From: Octopus vulgaris | Taxonomy: Eukaryota | Assembly (NCBI GenBank): GCA_951406725.2 | Contig: OX597834.1 | Location: 8,494,001 to 8,558,000, forward strand | Direction of reading: 5' to 3' | Length of the DNA: 64,000 nt | The notes under the pieces: model-generated | Databases searched by the model: none | The model's input: the letters and a program-made list of their open reading frames with translations, nothing else | Told to the model about the DNA's origin: nothing | Part shown: positions 56,056 through 64,000 of the stretch, piece after piece | Layout: every line of letters begins with the position of its first letter | Numbering within the stretch: the stretch's first letter is position 1 | Translations under genes and position numbers: made by a program

Positions 56056-56454
56056 TGTATGTATGAATGTTCATAGGAGTTTTGAAGAATATGTTATTCG
56101 AGCGGACACCGTGGTTGCTTCCAGTTGTGTTCCATATCTATCAGTATTTACCGTTTATGACTTCTATGAATCGTCACTCACCCTGAAAATTCCCTCAATT
56201 GGTAATTCCATGTTCGCTTCTCTACATGGTAAAATTATATGGAGCGTAGACAAACAATAATTACTACAGCATACAATATGAAATCTTGTTCATCCTCACA
56301 ATTTATTTCCTTTCAGTTTACAATTTCATACTGCTTGTTGTTATGGTTATAACGGCCTATACGTGTTTACAATGCACGAAGTATGGGTAGTTACACATGC
56401 AAACCGGCATGATTTTTTGTGCAGCATCTTTCAGGGAAATACATACATACATAA

Positions 56455-56506
<52 letters not shown>

Positions 56507-56508
56507 TA

Positions 56509-56905
56509 CTAGCACTATCGTCCGGCGTTGCTCGGGTTTGTAAAGGAAATAACTATATAAACATTTTTAGAGAGTTATAACCAAAAAATAGCAAAAAAAT
56601 GCATTAAAAATGGAAAAAAAATGATGGTAATTTTTTTTAAATCGTTGACGCATGGTAGACATTTTTAGAGAGTTACTTCCCTTATATAATAGCGAACAAA
56701 TGCATTAAAATGGAAAAAAAAATGTTGGTATTTTTTTTTTAAATCGTAGACTCACTGTAGACGCGCGATAATACCCAGAAGGGCTCGATATGAATCATGA
56801 TTATAAGATACCCGGTTTTGGTTAAACTGCACCGCAAAATGTGGCAGTAGTTAGGAATCTAAATCGTAGGAGAAAGACACACAACTTCTCTTTTATATAT
56901 AAAGA
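56509..56905 (-). mobile_element. Non-autonomous Helitron, same family as 21415-21813
   Basis: Same termini (A|TC ... cccgagcaacgccgg hairpin, CTAG|T); internal unit duplicated. Confidence 0.9.
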
Positions 56906-56920
56906 TATACAGGGTAAATG

Positions 56921-56990
<70 letters not shown>

Positions 56991-57019
56991 CATATGTATG
57001 TATGTATATATACATATAT

Positions 57020-57435
57020 ACACTCTGTACTCTTTTGCCCTTTTACTTTTTTCAGTCATTTGACTGCGGCCATGCTAGATCACCGACTTTAGTCGAGCAT
57101 ATCGACCCCATTACTTATTCTTTGTAAGCGTAGTTCTTATTTTATCGGTCTCTTTTGCCGTACCGCTAAGTTACGGGAATGTAAACACACCAGCATCGGT
57201 GGTCGAGTGATGTTGTGGGGAGGGACAAACATAGACATACAAACACACACACATTTATATATATATATATAGGACGGGCTTCTTTCAGTTTTCGTCAACC
57301 AAATCCACTTACAGGGCTTTAGTCGGCCCGAGGCTATAGTAGAATACACTTGCCTATGGTGCCACGCAGTAGAATTGAACCCGGAACCATGTGGTCTGTA
57401 AGCAAGCTACTTACCACACAGCCACTCCTGCCCCT
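57020..57435 (-). mobile_element. SINE family A, full length
   Basis: cagtcatttgactgcggccatgct..cttaccacacagccactcctgc. Confidence 0.9.
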
Positions 57436-57463
57436 ATTTATATTTATATTGAGACGTTTTAAA

Positions 57464-57815
57464 TACGAGGCAGTTATAATCCCTCTAGATTATTGTAATT
57501 TTAGTAGATGACTATTACATATCTAGTAAGCTGAACTACCAGATTATGTTATTTCATATTAAATGAGACAAATGCAACAATACTTTGAACACACGCTCCT
57601 AATCACTGTTTGTAACCGTTGAGTAGTATGCTCATTTTGGCACGTGAATATAGCCGGAAACTCGCCATGTAATAGAGTTTTGTGTTAAACTGGGTGAAAA
57701 TGGTACAGAATCATGCGGAAGTATCTAGACTGCTCATGGAATGGCTAGTATGAGCCGATCCCCTCTTTGTCGCTGGCGCAAACGGCCTACCAAGTTCACC
57801 GGGAAGCACCTGAAA
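57464..57815 (+). mobile_element. Mariner 5' remnant
   Basis: tacgagg TIR-like start; RHVIEFCVKLGENGTESCGSI*TAHGMASMSRS matches R..IKFC.KLG....ET...L..AYG...MSR. Confidence 0.65.
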
Positions 57816-58982
57816 ATCACCATATATATAATCATATATATATATATACTGATATGGGCGATATGGGCGATATGTATGGGCGATCGTGTGTGTATTTGTG
57901 TATTTGTGTGAACGTGTGTCTGTGTATGTGCATTTGTATGTATATGTACATGCGTACACCTATATACACATTACACACACACATACATACAAATGTAATT
58001 AAGGGCTTGGAAAACGTATGGGTAGGATGAAAAACATCTATTTAGGGAGAAAGAAAGAGAGATTCGCAGGCAGAGGCGGAAATGTCGATAGGTAGAGAGA
58101 TACAACGAGAAGTGTCACCGTGCCAATACGATTAAGCTCCCTGCATAGATCAAAAGTAAGCACCCAATCAAACGTGTAAAATTAGATACATCTAAAACGA
58201 AGAAGCGAAACAACGATGTCAGCAATTACCACCAGAGTAAAAATAAAGGCAATGAAATAAACGATATCAAAATTGCCACGAAGAACTCTAATGAAAAGTA
58301 TATATAAGAACGTTGATAAGCTTCCATCTTTCCGATCTGTTTGTTTAATTGTATAACAGCGATATACACTCATATATATTCACTTAAAAAACGCCTACAC
58401 ACGCTCAGAAACTCTCATAAACATATTAAGATATATGCATGCATGTATTTTCCAGATTGTGTATGCAACGCGTTCATTTTATCCATGATTTAAGCATTTT
58501 GATTGACAAGATATACGATATATTTATCAAAAAATATATTGTATGCCTCTTTCATATCTAGCTATTTAAAAGTCTCTCTCTCAAAACATATGTACGTTCT
58601 CAGATAATTTTTTCTTGTATTTTTGGCAAGTTGGATATTGCTAAATTTTTAAGAGAAATCGAAACGAAACTGATGCACGGCTGCCAACATCCGACACCGA
58701 TAACTCTCATCACATCTTCGCTATTTAAAACTAATAATTGAATAAGTAAATGATATCAACAAAGTAAACATAAATGGAAGCAAATAAAACGTAAACAATA
58801 TTCTTATCAATGTGTATTTTACGGGATGGGATGGTTCGCAGTGTAGGAGTTTAGAGAAATGAGAAAAATATGATAGTTTTACACTCACTATATTGGCTCA
58901 GAGCCACCTGATAGTTTGATTTATAACGAGTTAAGTAATATTTATAGGTACGCATGGGTGCTCAAATGAAATACATGCCCCT

Positions 58983-59058
<76 letters not shown>

Positions 59059-59223
59059 ATATATATATGCTCACACACATATATACACACACATACATAT
59101 ACACATATTTGTATGCATATGTATATGTATATAAGTTCTAATATCCATCTATGAAATTATTTATTTATCTTTATGTATATATACATATATATGTATATGT
59201 ATACACATACACATACATATGTG

Positions 59224-59266
<43 letters not shown>

Positions 59267-60094
59267 ACAGAGAGAGAGAGAGAGAGCAGAGACAAATGTA
59301 AGCATGTGAACACATACATGCTTAAAAACACACGTTACAAATCCAGAATCACATATGCAAAGAAAGAAAATAAGGAAGAAAGAGAGAGAGAGAGCGAGAT
59401 AAGAAAGAGTGACGGAGAGAGAACATTATATAGACATATAAATAAATATGTGTAGTTAGTTGCCTTTATAAACGTTTTTTTCTTCAAAATATTTTATGCT
59501 ATGTATCACTGCCGAAATATATTAATATTACTATATTATCATGAAATGGAAATTTGTACTGCGTATCATGTGTATGAATGTGATGCATAAGATATTAATA
59601 CATCAATATTAATTTTTTTTTAATGAAATATAATGAACATGCTGTTAGTAATAGCAATACGATGAATATTACTATATGAAATAGTTATGCTTATTTGTGC
59701 GTGTGTGTTTGTGCGTGTGTTCTTGTGTATACACTTTGATGCGTATATCAGCGTATATCTTCCCATACATACTTACAGGCATACACACATACATAATTAC
59801 ATAAGTGTGAGTCGGTAAACATAAATTGAAGGTCACACTCACTGGTTTGCGACAATCTATAAGAATATTTTTAAATGTTTTAAGCGGTTTTGTTGAAACG
59901 TGTAATTTTTCTTCTTCTTTATTTTAGTCAATATACGAAAGCAACAAGCGAATCGGTCATTGGCAGACAAGAATGTTATCAACAGGTACGGAATCAAATA
60001 CGACACGGAACATTTTTTTGGCTTATATGCATACACATATTCGCATACATATAGAGACATACACAAACATAGCTATGTGTGTTATATATGTTAT

Positions 60095-61600
60095 ATGTAT
60101 GATGACGAAAATGATGCTGATGAGGAACGATACCATGGAACGAAGAACCTTCTAGAAATTGTCCATAATTTCAGCAAGGACATCAGGATAAACATGGGAC
60201 TGTTCAAATGTGGTAAAGAGACAATTAGAAGAGGCAAATTAAACAGTAATGAAAACACTGAACTTGATATAGACACTGAAACACAAATATCTAGGATTAG
60301 ACGAAACAGTTTAAATACGATTCACAGAAATAAAGGAGAACATTAGGAGAGAGTGTTACAGGAGAGTTTCACTAATATAAAACACTGAACGCAATGCTAA
60401 ATGCAAGATAACAGGGATAAATATGCTAGTTATATCAGCCATAACTTACAGCTTCAACATAGTGAATTGAGGAACTTGAGTAGAAGAAATAAAAAAAACA
60501 GAAAACTATTAATAACATCAGAAGTCACCACCTGAAAGGAGACACAGAAAGAAAATATCTACCCCGCTTAGGAAGCCTGATGCAAATAGAGAATTATTAT
60601 AAAATAACGACAGTTGGACAAGAAAAGTACTTATATACAAAATGCGGAAATCTACTACTTGTAATAAGACAATACGAGAGAATGAAAACTCTTTTCTCTA
60701 TATACAAGGAGGTGGCAAAATACAAAACAGAATCAAACTACACCGATACACTCACCTCAATATGACTAAAAAGCAGAAATGTTCAGAGAAAAACAATAAC
60801 GTGAAAGCAGAATTTAAAATTATACTAATGATGAATTGAGGTAAATAATCATTTCATGGTCAGTACCCTGCAAGTCTTGGCACAGAAGATGTAAGCCCCA
60901 GTAAGCATCAACAATGGCGCAAATTTTCTGGACTAAAAGCTGGAACTGAAGGACTGATTCTCGTTGCACAAGACCAATGACTGACTACAGGCAACTATAA
61001 AAATAAAATAATGAAAACAGGCGCTAACGCCAAATGTAGAATGTGCAACCAACACAATGCGAGAGTTGACCATATCATCTCTGGCTGTCCAGTTCTTGAC
61101 AAATCTGAATATATATATACAGACACGACCGAGTAAGTAGTTACATCCACTGGGCAATATGCTAACACTGCAATGCAGAAACTGACAATAACCGATATAA
61201 AGGTGTGCCAAAAGAGGAAGAAGACAACGACCAGGCCACAATCTTCTGGGAAATACCTGTTCAAACCGACAAAGAAATAAAAAATAATCGCCCAGAAATG
61301 ATAATTAGGGATTGGAAAAACAACACCTACTGACTATTAGACATTGCACCCCTTTCAGTCCAAAATACAAAAAAGAGTATAATATTTGTCAGATTAGAAA
61401 AGGCTTGAAATTGAAGTATACAATATGTGGGACATGAAGGTAAAAACCAATGCCAGAAATAATTGGATCATTGTGCATGATAAAAAAATAAGATATGAAC
61501 AAAAACGTAGAAGCTATACCTGGATCCTCAACACTACACAAAAAATAGTCCTGCTAGGAACAGCACACATACTACGCAAGATACTATCAATTCAATAATA
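60095..61600 (+). mobile_element. R4/Dong-clade (RLE) non-LTR retrotransposon, 5'-truncated and decayed
   Basis: LLEIVHNFSKDIRINMGLFKC..RGK; W..SGLKAGTEGLILVAQDQ; KCRMC..VDHIISGCPVL..RHD..IHW; WEIPVQTDKEIKNNRPEMI..DIA (PD-D nuclease); VLLGTAHILRKIL*. Confidence 0.88.
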
Positions 61601-62029
61601 CAACTAAATAACAAATTCCACAAACACAGGAAACACTGTATACAGCAGGTATCCAATGAAATAAACTTCTACCAGCAGGCCGGATTACCCAACGCACTGC
61701 AGCACAACACAATGCTGATGCTAATACCGCAAAAGATTGCACTGCACCTCATAAAAACAACAAAAAAGAAACTGACGCAACGCAACACTGAGAATTGTTT
61801 CCACACTCCAACCAACAAAAAAGAACACACAATACTGCACCCCCCCCCCCCCAGCAACACGGAGGTGTAGCAGTTGAACAATAATAATTATAAAAACGAT
61901 AAGGAGTCTATAGGTATGAATATCTTTAAGCATAAAGTTTATTGCATGAGAACATCTAATTTTAGAATTAAGAATAAGAAACGTGCTGATAATGATATTA
62001 TTACGAAAATCGTATATGTAAGTAAGACA

Positions 62030-62230
62030 TGGTCTAAATCAAGAAATATTATCTGGTATAATGCACCGTTTTTATCGTACGTAGCTTCTAATATATCTAG
62101 GAAATTCTTTGTTGTACTACATAAATGTCTCACCCTTTCAGCTAAACACGCGAAAGTTTTAATCACCATAGAGCAAATGCTTCTTATTCAACCACCAGAA
62201 AATTGGCTTAAATTATAGTACCAAACAGGA
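62030..62230 (+). mobile_element. Neptune-type PLE RT C-terminal fragment
   Basis: RNIIWYNAPFLSYVASNISRKFF..H..(fs)FNHHRANASYST matches RNIIWFNPPFS.NV.TNIG..F...FNRN..K.SYS. Confidence 0.7.
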
Positions 62231-62581
62231 AAAGTAAAATTAAATAATATCTCGACTGAAGATTAGTAAACACAGGTAGAACCAATATTTACATACAACT
62301 CCCACTCACGCAGACACACATGGGATCCGTAAAGAGGAAAGGTGATATAACTACATTCAGCTTCTCACATTCATCGTTATCATATTGAAAAGACCTAATG
62401 CAGCAAATAGTCTACAACGCGTCACAATTAAAACCAGTGGGAATTCACGGTTAATATATTGTTGATGGTGATAAATTAATTAATGCCAGGTACTGTTCTC
62501 TACCCTTATTTCAATATGACCATAATATCAGTCATAACTACATAAAAGAATGTCTCAGAAGATGCTAGTAAGATAATGATA

Positions 62582-62925
62582 TATAGAGACAAGGTGATAA
62601 CCAGAAAGAGGAAGGTCAGGTTGACTTACCATATTATGGTTATCAAATAAAAGGGACCTTAAATGGAAAATAAAGGAGATCATATTCTGATCTAAGCGTG
62701 GAAATATTAAAAATACGGGGAAAATGTGCATCTAAACTTAGCAAAATTTATCTTATAGAGACAAGGTGATAACCAGAAAGAGGAAGGTCAGGTTGACTTA
62801 CCATATTATGGTTATCAAATAAAAGGGACCTTAAATGGAAAATAAAGGAGATCATATTCTGATCTAAGCGTGGAAATATTAAAAATACGGGGAAAATGTG
62901 CATCTAAACTTAGCAAAATTTATCT
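62582..62925 (+). repeat. Apparently perfect 172-bp tandem duplication
   Basis: 62582-62753 equals 62754-62925. Confidence 0.95.
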
Positions 62926-63259
62926 ATTAAAATATTAAAATTAGAAAATATTAAAATCTAGAAGAATGATAGATAAAACAATGTAAGTCAAAAGAGTGAG
63001 TTACTTTTATATAAACAGAAATCTCATAATGCTCATTTCTTGCATAATGTTAAGGTAGCCATGATAAAACTATTCGAATATGAATCTATTAAAAAAATTC
63101 AGACATCATCCGAGTAAGGGTATACATTTTCAGTTGAATCAAAACATATATATTATAGTGATGGTTATTGACGATTTGTCTACTTTCGGCATATTTGGCA
63201 TTAGAATTTTTTCTTTTGCCCTTGTTTATAAGTTGTATATATACATATATATGTATATA

Positions 63260-63334
<75 letters not shown>

Positions 63335-63337
63335 CTC

Positions 63338-63374
<37 letters not shown>

Positions 63375-63582
63375 TGTGTACATCACCTGGATTCGCCACT
63401 ATTGCTTTGCAGATGTATCTGCGTTTCTATTAAGAAAAATTTCACTTCGTTTCCATCTCAGAACGAGCGTTCGACCGTTTCGCAACACTTTCGGGTTTAT
63501 ATATACATACATACATACACACACATACACGCATACACATACACACACGCGCACACTACACACACGCACACACACACACACG

Positions 63583-63613
<31 letters not shown>

Positions 63614-64000
63614 TCGAGCTTGTTTTTCTCAACATGGTCGGAATAAGTAAAACTAGAGGAATGGCTTTCGGAGAAAATTCATTTTACCTTCTCCTGCTTT
63701 GTGCGTCGATGATCTCAGCAATGGATGGCAAAGTCTGTCTTAATGTGATGCGCCAGCAATTCGCATTGAAAGTAGTTAAGAATATGAAAACAGTAAAAAC
63801 AAGACATTAAAATCATAACAACAGCTACGACAACAGCAGCAATTGTAGTAACAGCAGCATGAAATGTAACAACTGCGATAAGGACAGTAATAAAATAATC
63901 AGCAGTAACAATAACGGTAGCTTTAACGCTGCTAACACCAACCGTAAAATAAATAATGTAAAGAAGCCGCTGCCATCATTATGACAACGAGAACAACGGA

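Overview
Eukaryotic, very AT-rich, microsatellite-saturated DNA, most likely intronic or intergenic sequence from an octopod cephalopod (inferred from the SINE families and (TA)n/(CA)n/(AAT)n density). I cannot support any intact host protein-coding gene. Almost all listed ORFs are microsatellite read-throughs or decayed transposon pieces. The window holds three tRNA-derived SINE families (called A, B, C here), non-autonomous Helitrons, hAT and mariner MITEs and fossils, RTE, CR1/L2 and R4/Dong LINE fragments, a tRNA-Lys(CTT) copy truncated exactly at A58, and many Penelope-like element (PLE) ends. The most notable pattern is about ten minimal type-I hammerhead-like motifs from several PLE families. 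Most sit beside (TA)n tracts and many lie in fold-back inverted repeats. One family has a fixed CUGU-N-GA core, and one PLE 3' end carries a tRNA-like cassette just upstream of its hammerhead. Near-perfect local inverted or templated copies recur at (TA)n tracts. All calls are by eye, without database searches.
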